A stretch of 37,058 nucleotides of DNA from a virus (taxonomy: Duplodnaviria > Caudoviricetes): the IMG/VR virus record IMGVR_UViG_3300017645_000165, positions 1 to 37,058 of that record; one strand, given 5' to 3'. The number at the start of each line of letters is the position of its first letter. The stretch's first letter is position 1. The translations under genes were made by a program, and so were the position numbers. Below, piece by piece: positions 19,077 to 27,913 of this stretch. Under the pieces are notes generated by a model. That model had not been told where the DNA came from. It saw nothing but the letters and a program-made list of their open reading frames with translations, and searched no databases.

Positions 19077-19129
19077 CCGCCCTCTCGGCGCGGCTGCGGC
19101 GGTCCCGCTCACCATCGCAGGAGCAGTCC

Positions 19130-19477
19130 ATGCGCAACTACGTCCAGCCGGGCGACAGCCTGGCCGTCTCTGTCCCCTATTCGGGCGGGGTCACCGCCGG
19201 TCAGGGTGTCCTGGTCGGCGCCCTGTTCGGGGTCGCCGCGGTGGACGGCGCCCAGAACGCCACGATCGAGGTACAGACCAAGGGCGTCTTCGACCTCACC
19301 AAGGAGCCCTCGCTGGCCATCACTGCCGGCGCCCGGGTGTTCTGGGACAACACCAACCGCCGCATCACCACGACGGCGACGGGCAACTTCCAGGTCGGCC
19401 TCGCCACAGCGGCCGCGCTCGCGGCCGAGGCGACGGTCCGGGTGGTGCTGCTGCGCGTACCGGCGAGCGGGGCGTGA
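19130..19477 (+). CDS. DUF2190-family capsid cement/decoration protein
   Basis: MRNYVQPGD...GVFDLTK...GARVFWD; AGGAG SD; follows the capsid gene. Confidence 0.85.
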   Translation: MRNYVQPGDSLAVSVPYSGGVTAGQGVLVGALFGVAAVDGAQNATIEVQTKGVFDLTKEPSLAITAGARVFWDNTNRRITTTATGNFQVGLATAAALAAEATVRVVLLRVPASGA

Positions 19478-19479
19478 CG

Positions 19480-20112
19480 ATGGACCCGAAGGCCACGCGG
19501 GGCTACCGCAACCGCAATCCGGGCAACATCGAGCACCTCGCGGCCAACAAGTGGCAGGGCCTGGCCGAGCCGGCCTCGGACGGCCGCTTCTGCCGCTTCG
19601 TGGGCCACGAGTACGGCCTGCGCGCCCTGGCCGTGCTGCTGATCGCCTACCAGGATCGCCATGGGCTGCGGTCGGTGCGCGACATCATCGCCCGTTGGGC
19701 GCCGCCGGCGGAGAACGACACCGCTGCCTACCTCGCCGCGGTGGCCCGCCGCATGGGTGTCGGTCCGGACGACCCACTCGACCTGCACCGGCATGGCCAT
19801 CTCCGGCCGCTGGTGGAGGCCATCGTCGCCCATGAATGCGCCGGGCTGGCCTATCCGGCCGCGGTGCTGGACCGGGCCCTGACCCTGGCCGGCGTGCCGC
19901 CGGCGGCACCCCGGACGCTGGCGCAGGTGGCCGCCGTGACCGACACTGGCCGCGGCGCGCTGCTGGTCGGCGCCGCCGGTGTCGCCACCGCCCTGGCGCA
20001 AGCCGCCCCGGCCATCCAGGCGCTCGGCGACCTCGCGCCGGTGGTCGCCATCGCCGTCGTCCTCGCCGCGGTGGCGGGCGTGCTGGCCTGGCGGCTGGGC
20101 CGGCCGGCATGA
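19480..20112 (+). CDS. Lysozyme-like 'structural protein P5'-type muralytic enzyme, candidate endolysin, with hydrophobic C-terminus
   Basis: RGYRNRNPGNI, YGLRAL, IIARWAPPAENDTAAY, AIVAHE; two C-terminal hydrophobic segments. Confidence 0.7.
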   Translation: MDPKATRGYRNRNPGNIEHLAANKWQGLAEPASDGRFCRFVGHEYGLRALAVLLIAYQDRHGLRSVRDIIARWAPPAENDTAAYLAAVARRMGVGPDDPLDLHRHGHLRPLVEAIVAHECAGLAYPAAVLDRALTLAGVPPAAPRTLAQVAAVTDTGRGALLVGAAGVATALAQAAPAIQALGDLAPVVAIAVVLAAVAGVLAWRLGRPA

Positions 20113-20417
20113 ACGCCTTCACCGCGGCCCTGGGCGTCCTGGCCGCGGATCCGAACCTCGGCAGCGACACAGTGTACCGCGCCGGCGGCACCGGGCCGGA
20201 GGTGGCCCTCCGGGTCCTCCGCTCCAGCCCGGATCGGCTCGCGGATGCCTTCGGCACCACGCTGGTGCAGGTCACCGACGTCCTCACCGTAGCGGTGGCT
20301 GCGCTGCCCGCCATCGAGGCGGGCGATACCTTTGCCCTCGGGGCCGAGGTGCTGACCGTGCAGCACGCCGAGCGCGATGCCGCCGGCATCGCCTGGCGCG
20401 TCCTCTGCCAGCGGTAG
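20109..20417 (+). CDS. Head-tail joining protein (gpFII-like)
   Basis: ATGA overlap; about 102 aa, beta-rich, with EAGDTF...ERD...W; neck position. Confidence 0.7.
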   Translation: MNAFTAALGVLAADPNLGSDTVYRAGGTGPEVALRVLRSSPDRLADAFGTTLVQVTDVLTVAVAALPAIEAGDTFALGAEVLTVQHAERDAAGIAWRVLCQR

Positions 20418-20426
20418 GAGAGAGCC

Positions 20427-20726
20427 ATGCCCGACCCCGAGCGTCTCGGCGCGATCCTCAACGAGGCGCTGCTCGCCGCCGGCCTCGGGGCGCTCGGCAC
20501 CATGGCCCGGCTCGCCGCGGCGGATCGGCCACTGCTGACCGGCGGCTTCCTGCTGCACGCCCTGGCGGGCGGCAGCCTCGGCACCGGCGCCTGGCTGATC
20601 GCCCGCGCGGTCGAGCTCGAGGGCTGGTGGCTGTTCGCGGTGCCCTGGCTTGCCGGCACCCTCGGCTACGCCGCCCTGCATGACCTGCTGCTGCGGGTGC
20701 TGAACCGTCGCCTGGGCGGGCCGTAA
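20427..20726 (+). CDS. Putative holin / small membrane protein
   Basis: 99 aa, about three hydrophobic segments, basic C-terminus; GGAG SD. Confidence 0.6.
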   Translation: MPDPERLGAILNEALLAAGLGALGTMARLAAADRPLLTGGFLLHALAGGSLGTGAWLIARAVELEGWWLFAVPWLAGTLGYAALHDLLLRVLNRRLGGP

Positions 20727-20729
20727 CCG

Positions 20730-21452
20730 GTGCGCCTCGCGGCCGCCATTGGCGACCTGCGGCAGGCCCTGGCGGCGGAGGTCCGCGCCGGCGAGAGGGC
20801 GGCCACAGGGGCCGTACGCGAGGGCACCGAGGCGCTGAAGCGCGAGCTGCGCGGCCAGGTCCTCGCGGCCTTCGGCGGCCGGGGCCGCGGCCTCGCCAAT
20901 GCCTGGCGCAGCCAGGTCTTCCCTCGCTCGGGCGTCAGCCTTCGGGCCGCCGGCCTGGTCTGGACCAAGGTGCCGAACGTCATTGATGCCTTCGAGCGCG
21001 GGGCCCTGATCCGGGCCAAGGGCGGCCGACGCTTCCTCGCCATCCCGACCGGCTTCAACGCCGCCCGCGGCTGGCGCGGCCGGGGCGACAAGGGCCTGCG
21101 GGTGACGCCGGCGCAGATGGTCGCCTCCGGCCAGGGCTTCCTGCGACCCTTCCGCTCCGGCCGCGGCTTCGTCTGGTGCCTGCCCCTGCGCCAGGGCGAG
21201 CCGACCGGCCGACGGCGCCGCACCCGCCTGATCGCTGGCGGGCTGACCGAGGTCGGCACCGCCAACCGCAAGGGTCGCGAAGCCTGGGCTCGGGGCCTCC
21301 TGGCGCAGGGGATGGTGCCGATGTTCCTGCTGCTGCCGCAGGTCCAGCTCGCCAAGCGCCTCGACGTGCAGGGCGCGGCGGAGCGGGCCGGCGCTCGGGT
21401 GCCGCGGCGCTTCGTCGCACTCTGGCAGGCCGAAAGCGGACGCGCCACATGA
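20730..21452 (+). CDS. DUF6441-like neck / tail-completion protein
   Basis: Basic protein with LANAWRS..FP, FERGALIR, FLAIPT, VPMFLLLPQV.L.KRLD; neck position. Confidence 0.7.
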   Translation: MRLAAAIGDLRQALAAEVRAGERAATGAVREGTEALKRELRGQVLAAFGGRGRGLANAWRSQVFPRSGVSLRAAGLVWTKVPNVIDAFERGALIRAKGGRRFLAIPTGFNAARGWRGRGDKGLRVTPAQMVASGQGFLRPFRSGRGFVWCLPLRQGEPTGRRRRTRLIAGGLTEVGTANRKGREAWARGLLAQGMVPMFLLLPQVQLAKRLDVQGAAERAGARVPRRFVALWQAESGRAT

Positions 21453-21895
21453 GCGCCCGGGAGACCGCCATCGCCGCCCTGTACGCTCGGCTGCAGGCCA
21501 GCTTTGCCGCCCGCGCCACGGCGCCGCTGGTGCTGCGCAACGAGACCGTGCCGCAGCGCCTGCCGCCTGGCGGGCTGGTGGTGCTGCGCGACGGCGAGAC
21601 GGTGGAGGAAACGCCGCTCCTCTCGCCGCTGGCCTGGGCGGTCGAGCACCGCGCTGAGGTCGAGGTGATTGTGGCCGGCGCCACTCCGGCTGCCCGCGCC
21701 GCCCTGCTCGACGCGCTGCTGGCCGACATCGCCGCCGCAATCGCCGCCGACCGTACCCTCGGTGGCGCGGTGGAGTGGGCGCAGCCCAGCAGCCCCGGCT
21801 TCGAGGATGTCGAGGTCGAGGGCGCCGCCGCGGCGCGCGGCGCCCTCGTCCCCGTGACCCTCTGGTTCACCGCGGCGAGCTCGCCGCTGTCCTGA
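21449..21895 (+). CDS. Tail terminator-like protein
   Basis: MSARETAIAAL...ADRTLGGAVEW; ATGA overlap; directly before the tail tube gene. Confidence 0.7.
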   Translation: MSARETAIAALYARLQASFAARATAPLVLRNETVPQRLPPGGLVVLRDGETVEETPLLSPLAWAVEHRAEVEVIVAGATPAARAALLDALLADIAAAIAADRTLGGAVEWAQPSSPGFEDVEVEGAAAARGALVPVTLWFTAASSPLS

Positions 21896-21910
21896 CGGAG
21901 ACACCCCACC

Positions 21911-22864
21911 ATGGCCCGCGCCATCGGCGCCAACACGCGCCTGCTCATGCTGCCCGAGAGCACCTACGGCACCGCGCCCACCGGCAACTTCCGGCGGCTG
22001 CCCTTCCTCTCCTGCGACCTCGGCGCCGAGCAGCCGCTGCTGGATGCCGACGTGATCGGCCTCGGCGGCACCCGCGATGCCGCGGCGCCCTTCCTTGACA
22101 CGGTGACGGTGTCGGGCACCGCGGTGGTGCCGGTGGACCTGATCAACATCGGCCACTGGCTGCGCCTGCTGCTGGGGGCGCCGACCACGACCGGCACGAC
22201 GAACTACACCCACACCTTCAAGTCGGGCGGCGCCACGCTGCCCTCGAACAGCGTCGAGCTCGGCTACCCGGACGTGCCGAGCTACGACCTGATCACCGGC
22301 GTGCGGGCCGACACGCTGGAGATCGACTTCTCGCCCTCCGGCCCGGCCACCGCCAGCTTCGGTCTGATCGGCCAGGGCTCGACCCGCTCCGGGACGAGCG
22401 CGGGCGGCACCCCAACCAGCGCCGCCTACACCGCCTTCAACAAGGCCCAGGGCTCGATCAGCCGCAGCGGCTCGGCCCTGGCGCAGGTGACGGGGGCGAA
22501 GCTCAGCTTCACCAACTCGGTCGAGACGGTGCGCACCATCCGCGCCGACCGCAAGATCGAGGGCGCCGACCCGGGCATCTGCCGCGCCACCGGCCAGGTC
22601 ACGGTGCGCTTCGCCGACACCACGCTGCTGACCCAGGCGCAGAACGGCAGCTCGGCCGACTTCGCCTTCGCCTACACGATCGATGCCAACCGCAGCCTCA
22701 CCTTCACCCTGCACGAGGTCTACCTGGCGCTGGCCAAGACGCCGATCGAGGGCCCGGGCGGCATCGAGGCGGCCTTCGACTTCCGCGCCGCCTACAACGC
22801 GATCGCCACGACCATGATGACGGTCGCGCTGAAGAACCAGCAGGCAGGGACGGAGTACGCGTGA
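21911..22864 (+). CDS. Tail tube (major tail) protein
   Basis: ESTYGTAP, YTHTFKSG...LPS, Thr/Ser/Gly-rich, PIEGPGGIEAAFDF; GGAGA SD; synteny. Confidence 0.85.
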   Translation: MARAIGANTRLLMLPESTYGTAPTGNFRRLPFLSCDLGAEQPLLDADVIGLGGTRDAAAPFLDTVTVSGTAVVPVDLINIGHWLRLLLGAPTTTGTTNYTHTFKSGGATLPSNSVELGYPDVPSYDLITGVRADTLEIDFSPSGPATASFGLIGQGSTRSGTSAGGTPTSAAYTAFNKAQGSISRSGSALAQVTGAKLSFTNSVETVRTIRADRKIEGADPGICRATGQVTVRFADTTLLTQAQNGSSADFAFAYTIDANRSLTFTLHEVYLALAKTPIEGPGGIEAAFDFRAAYNAIATTMMTVALKNQQAGTEYA

Positions 22865-22907
22865 CACCCATGGCACTGGGTGAGGGCGGCTTGGACCCGC
22901 TTTCGCT

Positions 22908-25900
22908 TCAATCGTCCTCGCGCTGGACGGCGGCGCGTCGCACCTCGAACAGCGGATCGGACGCTCCCGCAGCGATCCAGTGCTGGACGCCTTCGCCGTC
23001 GCCATAGCCGGCACGCCGCATCGCTCCTGCAAGCGTCATCGCGCGTTGTCGCAACAATGATGCGTCGAGTTCGGCCCCGTGCCCGGCGAGAACCTCGTTC
23101 TCATAGGAAGTCTCCTCCAAGAGGTAGCTGAGCGCGAGGTCGCAGCGCAGCGCAATCCGGGGACGTAGGCGCTCCGGTCCTTCGTCGAACAGCCACCGGG
23201 CGAACTCCAACGCTCGCTCGACCGTGCCTGGTCGGCGCGCGATCAGCATGCCCGCGACCTCCTCTGTCAGGTCGTCCGGCGGCTCGGCTGCGCCAGGGTT
23301 TCTTCGAGCGGCGTCAAGCCAGAGATATAGCGCCCAGACAGCTTCTCCTGCGATGCGCGGGTCGGCGCTGACCAAGCCCCGACGGAGCCAACCGGCTGCC
23401 GTGGGACCAAGGTCCGGGGCCGCCAAGACCAGCCCGGCGCACAGCCGAAGGCCCGAGAGCCGAGTGACGGGCCCGTCCTGCAGGAGGGCAACCTTGTTCC
23501 TGACGGCCGCGAGAGTATCGTCGGGCAATCTCGCCTCGACGAGCAACCGGGCCAATCCTTCCTGAGCGATTTCCTCGTCATCCCGGTTCATGAACACGCG
23601 GCGGTCCGCGCCAGATGCCGGCAACCCGGCCCACTTGAGCGCCAACGCGGTCACAGCGGTAAAGTCCTCCTCCGACAGGACAAACGGCTTTCCATCGAGC
23701 CGCGTCTGTTGAAGTCCGATGCCGATGTTCCACAATAGTTCACCGATCTGTCGTCCTTCCTTGCCGCGGAGGAATTCCCGACGAAAGGCCGCGGCGGCTT
23801 GCCCTTCGTGGCGCTCGGGCATCAGGAGGAAGGCAAAGGGGTGATATCCGAGGTTGTCAGGCAAGCCGGACTCCGCCACGCCCTCGGCGTCCCAGATGAG
23901 TTCGGCGAGGCGGTCCCTGTCCGCGGGCCCGAGCAGCCCGACCCTGTGCAGCATATAGAGCCGCTCAATCGCTAGCTTGCGCTTAGGGGACGAGGAGCGT
24001 CCCGCCGAAACCAACACGTCGATCAGGGCCGCATCCGGCCGCGAGCCTCCTTGGGCGATGCCAATCTTGAGTTCGGACACCCGATGCTGAAATTCGTTCA
24101 CGGGATCGGACAGCCCGGCGCCGGGTCTTGCCCGCCCCGCATCGGGAAAGGGCAGGCCTGCGACGCGGACGAGGGCGGCGGGAAGATCACCGTCCGGCAG
24201 GCGGGCGATGGTTCGGGAGAACAGATGCCCGATCTCCGTCCCAGCGAACATGTCGGACGGCGACCAGCCGCTTTCTACTACCTCACAGGCGAGGTCGAAC
24301 GCAGCACGGGCCTGGTCGTCGGAGCAGCGCGGCATGAAGCGCGACAGGAGTTCCGCCGCAGTTTTGAAGCGGGAAAGCCAGAAGTCGTTAACTCGCCCGG
24401 CCCCGGCGCGCTTCCGGGCTGTGACAACGCGGAGCATCAATGTGTCAGCCAAAACAGCCACTTCGTCATCGGCGAGCGTGGCCACGCGGGCGCGCGTGAG
24501 ATAACGGTGCAGAACTTTGTCGCTCCCGGAACCAGAAACTCGCGCGAGGAGTAGGATTAGGCTCACGGCGGAATCGGACGACGCACAGGCGTCCACCGCG
24601 CGCTCAAGCGCCTCGCGAAGGATAACCATGTGGTTGGCGACTGGCGGAAGTGCCGTCAGGTCGGCAAGGCGAATCATCTGCCTGCCTGCACGATAGGCAT
24701 CGGGGAGGCCCGACCGAAGATACATGGTTTCGGAGCTTGTGCCTGGCTCGAAGCCACGGACGCGCTGACGGCTCGGCGGTGGCGGTGGCTCGCGCATCTC
24801 GGCCATCAGGTCCCGGATTTCCGACCAGCCGTCGCAGCCATATGGAGCCAAGTCTTCCCAACGGCCCCATGGGTCCCTCTCCCTGGCCTCCGCTGCCCCG
24901 TCCAGTCCGCCGGTGAGGTTGTGGTGCCACGCCAAGCTGAGAACGAGGCCCCACCCCTCCCGGGAAAGGGCGGGCAGGTCCAACACGTCCCCGCGGCGGT
25001 TGCGTCGCGCGCGGGCCAGAGCGGCGATCACTTCCGCCTTCGCCTCCACATCGCGGCCCGCTCCAGCCAGCAGACCTGCTTTGCGGATGCCCCAGACGGG
25101 ATCACTGTTGTGCGTCTTCCAGGAATCGAGCACGCCATCCAACGCGTCGTCTTCCAAAAATTGCGCATGCCATAGGGCGCGCTCAAACGTCACCTCGTCG
25201 AGGGCAGCTCGACCAGTGCGGGAGGCAGACCCAAGCGCGGCGAGCCGGGCCTCGTGAAGCGGGCGGTTGCCGCGAGCGCGAGCGAGACGCGCCGATGCAT
25301 GAAGGCAGACCCGCCAGTCCTCTCGTGCCGCCCGGTCGAGCGTACCATCGGCTCCGTCTACAGCCCACCTGCTGCCGTCCCGCGAGACGGCGGCGATGAC
25401 GCTTTCCAGGAGCGCCGGCAGGTCGCTAATAACGGCTGCGTCCAGAAGGCACATGTCGAGGCGACGAAGCGTCTCCGCCAGCGCCCCAAGCCGCTCGGGC
25501 ATCGGGAGAAGGCCAATGCGTTTGGCAACGTCCGCGAGCCAGTGCGTCCCCCGCGCCCAAAGCGTTCTACGGACGGCATGGGGGACAATCCACCATCCCG
25601 GATAGTCGGCCCGCTCGGCCTGCCATGCCGCCAGGAGGGGGCGGAACTCAGCCGCTAGGGCCTCGTCGCTCGCACCGAACCCCGCCCGGGGCCATAAGTC
25701 TGTGGACTTCCCATCTCCGCGCGCCGGCATGGTCCAGCCGAGATGGTCCGTCGTGACGCGGGGCTCCGGACTCTGATCCGGCCACCGCATCAGCCTTGGC
25801 GGTCGACCGCCCTCCATGGCGTGGAGGAACCACTCGATTGACCACCGGTGACGGACTTCCTCGGGCCAATCGCGGGCGTCAGGCAGTGCGGACAGGTCGA

Positions 25901-26669
25901 TGGGGACGACCCTCCGCTCTTCCAGCATTCGCCTGCGTTGCGGGGCAAGTGTGAGCCATCCCACAAGGTAAATCGGCGGCGCGTGTTCGCCGAGGTTGTC
26001 CCGCACCCAGCCCGACCACTGAAGGAAATTCGGATCGTCACCCGAGAAGCCGAGCAGGACCATGCTCGTCTCCATCATCGTCTGCTGTACCAAATTCACG
26101 AAGGGGGCAAAGCGGCGCGGGTAGGTGCGGAAGTCCTCCTCCGTGAGGATGAATGGACCATTCGCCGGGAGCGTGCCGTGCAGCTTCACAATGCGTGGCA
26201 CCGCAGCCGAGGGGATCTGGGAGAGCGTCGCGATCACGTCGTAGGCGCGCTCGTGGGCCTCTGGGCATGCCCTTTCCAGAAGTGTGTCCCAGTTCGTGGT
26301 GAAGACTTCCGCCCAGGGCAGCGCGAGTAGCCGCCGGTGCAGGTCCGATGGACGATGGTCGCTGTCCGGCACCAGGGAACGAACGGCCTCATCCAGCCGC
26401 GCCCGACCGAACATTGCCTCGTATTCCTGCGCCGCCCGCATCGGGTCGGACACACGACTGCCGAGAGGGTCGAGATCACGGGCGAGTCGGTCCGCGAGTT
26501 CGGCCCATGTCGGGAAGGGCCGCGCCTCGGCCGCGGAGGGGTCGGCGTTGCGGCTGAATCCTGCCCCGACCATCACGGAGGCGCGCCCGGCAGCACGTCC
26601 CGGCTTCGCGCGCCAGAGCTGGTCACGCAGATATTCAACGAGAGGAGCGGCGGTGAACTGCGTATTCAA
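22908..26669 (-). CDS. Large SIR2-domain NADase, DSR1-like anti-phage sirtuin (~1253 aa; TTG start estimated)
   Basis: SVMVGAGFS, FPTWAEL, VFTTNWDTLLE, IVKLHG, LLGFSGDDPNF.QW; long helical C-terminus; atypical codon usage; TATAGT at 26712-26707. Confidence 0.82.
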   Translation of the reverse strand: MNTQFTAAPLVEYLRDQLWRAKPGRAAGRASVMVGAGFSRNADPSAAEARPFPTWAELADRLARDLDPLGSRVSDPMRAAQEYEAMFGRARLDEAVRSLVPDSDHRPSDLHRRLLALPWAEVFTTNWDTLLERACPEAHERAYDVIATLSQIPSAAVPRIVKLHGTLPANGPFILTEEDFRTYPRRFAPFVNLVQQTMMETSMVLLGFSGDDPNFLQWSGWVRDNLGEHAPPIYLVGWLTLAPQRRRMLEERRVVPIDLSALPDARDWPEEVRHRWSIEWFLHAMEGGRPPRLMRWPDQSPEPRVTTDHLGWTMPARGDGKSTDLWPRAGFGASDEALAAEFRPLLAAWQAERADYPGWWIVPHAVRRTLWARGTHWLADVAKRIGLLPMPERLGALAETLRRLDMCLLDAAVISDLPALLESVIAAVSRDGSRWAVDGADGTLDRAAREDWRVCLHASARLARARGNRPLHEARLAALGSASRTGRAALDEVTFERALWHAQFLEDDALDGVLDSWKTHNSDPVWGIRKAGLLAGAGRDVEAKAEVIAALARARRNRRGDVLDLPALSREGWGLVLSLAWHHNLTGGLDGAAEARERDPWGRWEDLAPYGCDGWSEIRDLMAEMREPPPPPSRQRVRGFEPGTSSETMYLRSGLPDAYRAGRQMIRLADLTALPPVANHMVILREALERAVDACASSDSAVSLILLLARVSGSGSDKVLHRYLTRARVATLADDEVAVLADTLMLRVVTARKRAGAGRVNDFWLSRFKTAAELLSRFMPRCSDDQARAAFDLACEVVESGWSPSDMFAGTEIGHLFSRTIARLPDGDLPAALVRVAGLPFPDAGRARPGAGLSDPVNEFQHRVSELKIGIAQGGSRPDAALIDVLVSAGRSSSPKRKLAIERLYMLHRVGLLGPADRDRLAELIWDAEGVAESGLPDNLGYHPFAFLLMPERHEGQAAAAFRREFLRGKEGRQIGELLWNIGIGLQQTRLDGKPFVLSEEDFTAVTALALKWAGLPASGADRRVFMNRDDEEIAQEGLARLLVEARLPDDTLAAVRNKVALLQDGPVTRLSGLRLCAGLVLAAPDLGPTAAGWLRRGLVSADPRIAGEAVWALYLWLDAARRNPGAAEPPDDLTEEVAGMLIARRPGTVERALEFARWLFDEGPERLRPRIALRCDLALSYLLEETSYENEVLAGHGAELDASLLRQRAMTLAGAMRRAGYGDGEGVQHWIAAGASDPLFEVRRAAVQREDD

Positions 26670-27200
26670 GCTGATCTCTTCTGTTCGAACGAGCAGGCCG
26701 AAACACACTATACGTCCTATCCTGGAGCGGAAGCACAGGCCGGCACGGTGGATAGATAACTGGAAACGCCCGACATTAGGCTCAATCGCGCCAACTGGTA
26801 GGGCTGTTCGCCAGTGCGATGAACAGCGAGATTGCGTAGTTCGGCCGGAACGAGGTCCGCGTAATCGGGACGAACAGGAGTCGTGAGAGACAAGTCGTCC
26901 TCTGGGGCCGCCGATTCTGCCGGCATCCGCTTTCACTCGCGTCGAGCCGCATAGCTGCTGTTCCTCTGGCGACCAACTACAAACCTTTCGGCTCCAGCCA
27001 TAAAGTTCCGAGTTGGTTCGAAGCCAGCTGCTCGAGGACGTTGGCTACGGCCCTCCTCCCCAGGACCGAGAGTGGGCGGCTGCCGCGGCGTGCTCTCACT
27101 GACCCTGGCTACGCATCCAAAACGCCGTCGCTCGGCCAGCCCGCGCATAGGTCGGTCGGCGTATTGGCCGTACTCAAAGCATAGAAGCATGGAGAATCGC

Positions 27201-27578
27201 ATGCTCACCCTCGACCTTCCGGTCGAGCCGTACTGGCTCGACCTGCCGCGCGGCGTGCGCGTCGAGATCCGTCCCGTCACCACCGCGGTCATGGCCGCCG
27301 CCCAGGCCGCGGCCTCACGCCGATTGGGCGCGGTTCGTGCCGCGAGCGACAACCTCGATCCTGACATGGCGCGCGGCCTCGCCTTCGCCTTTCTGGTTAA
27401 GGCACTGGCTCGACACGCGGTGACGGCGTGGGACGGCGTCGGTGATGCCGAGGGCAAGCCGCTGTCTCTGTCTCCCGAGGCCATCGAGCGCCTGATGGAC
27501 CTCGACGACATCGCCGCCGCGTTCTGGGATGGGGCGACCCGCCCCGTGGCGGCGGTGACTGCCGAGGGAAACGGCTGA
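27201..27578 (+). CDS. Tail assembly chaperone (gpG-like)
   Basis: GGAGA SD; AWDGVGDAEGKP motif; lies before the tape measure gene; ends in GGGAAAC. Confidence 0.8.
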   Translation: MLTLDLPVEPYWLDLPRGVRVEIRPVTTAVMAAAQAAASRRLGAVRAASDNLDPDMARGLAFAFLVKALARHAVTAWDGVGDAEGKPLSLSPEAIERLMDLDDIAAAFWDGATRPVAAVTAEGNG

Positions 27579-27910
27579 GGGCCCGCGCCGCCTGGCACTT
27601 CGGCCGCGGGCCCGAGTACTGCCGCGGCTGCGCCGCCCTCGGCCGCGACTGCGCCGAGGCCTGCCCCTACGCCGCCCACGCCCCGGCCAGCGCCGAGGGT
27701 GCTGCCTGCTGGGCGGCCGGCACCGCCTGCGCCGGTCTGACGCAGTGCGTCGGACCCATGTCCGGCCTGACCCTGGACATGGCCGCCGCCCTGCATGCGG
27801 CACGCGACCTCGGCGCCGCTGGCTGGGCCGCGGCCGAACTGTTGCTGGCCATCCGCACCGGCATGGCCGAGGGCCGCGCCCAGGCGGCGCCGCACCCGGA
27901 GGGAGGGTAG
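27566..27910 (+). CDS. gpT-like extension made by -1 programmed frameshift (gpGT)
   Basis: G GGA AAC in phase at 27566-27572; -1 frame open to TAG 27910 (KRLRARAAWHFGRGPEYCRGC...), 3 nt before the tape measure ATG. Confidence 0.78.
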   Translation, partial: GKRLRARAAWHFGRGPEYCRGCAALGRDCAEACPYAAHAPASAEGAACWAAGTACAGLTQCVGPMSGLTLDMAAALHAARDLGAAGWAAAELLLAIRTGMAEGRAQAAPHPEGG

Positions 27911-27913
27911 CCC

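Noticed and set aside
9905-23032. Other long minus-strand ORFs (9905-12127, 14468-16555, 16203-18119, 19851-21740, 20666-23032)
   Set aside because: They overlap well-supported plus-strand phage genes and are expected from GC-rich codon bias
26670-26936. N-terminal 89 aa of the 1342-aa ORF call
   Set aside because: Not protein-like and spans a candidate -10 box; the SIR2 domain starts just after TTG 26669
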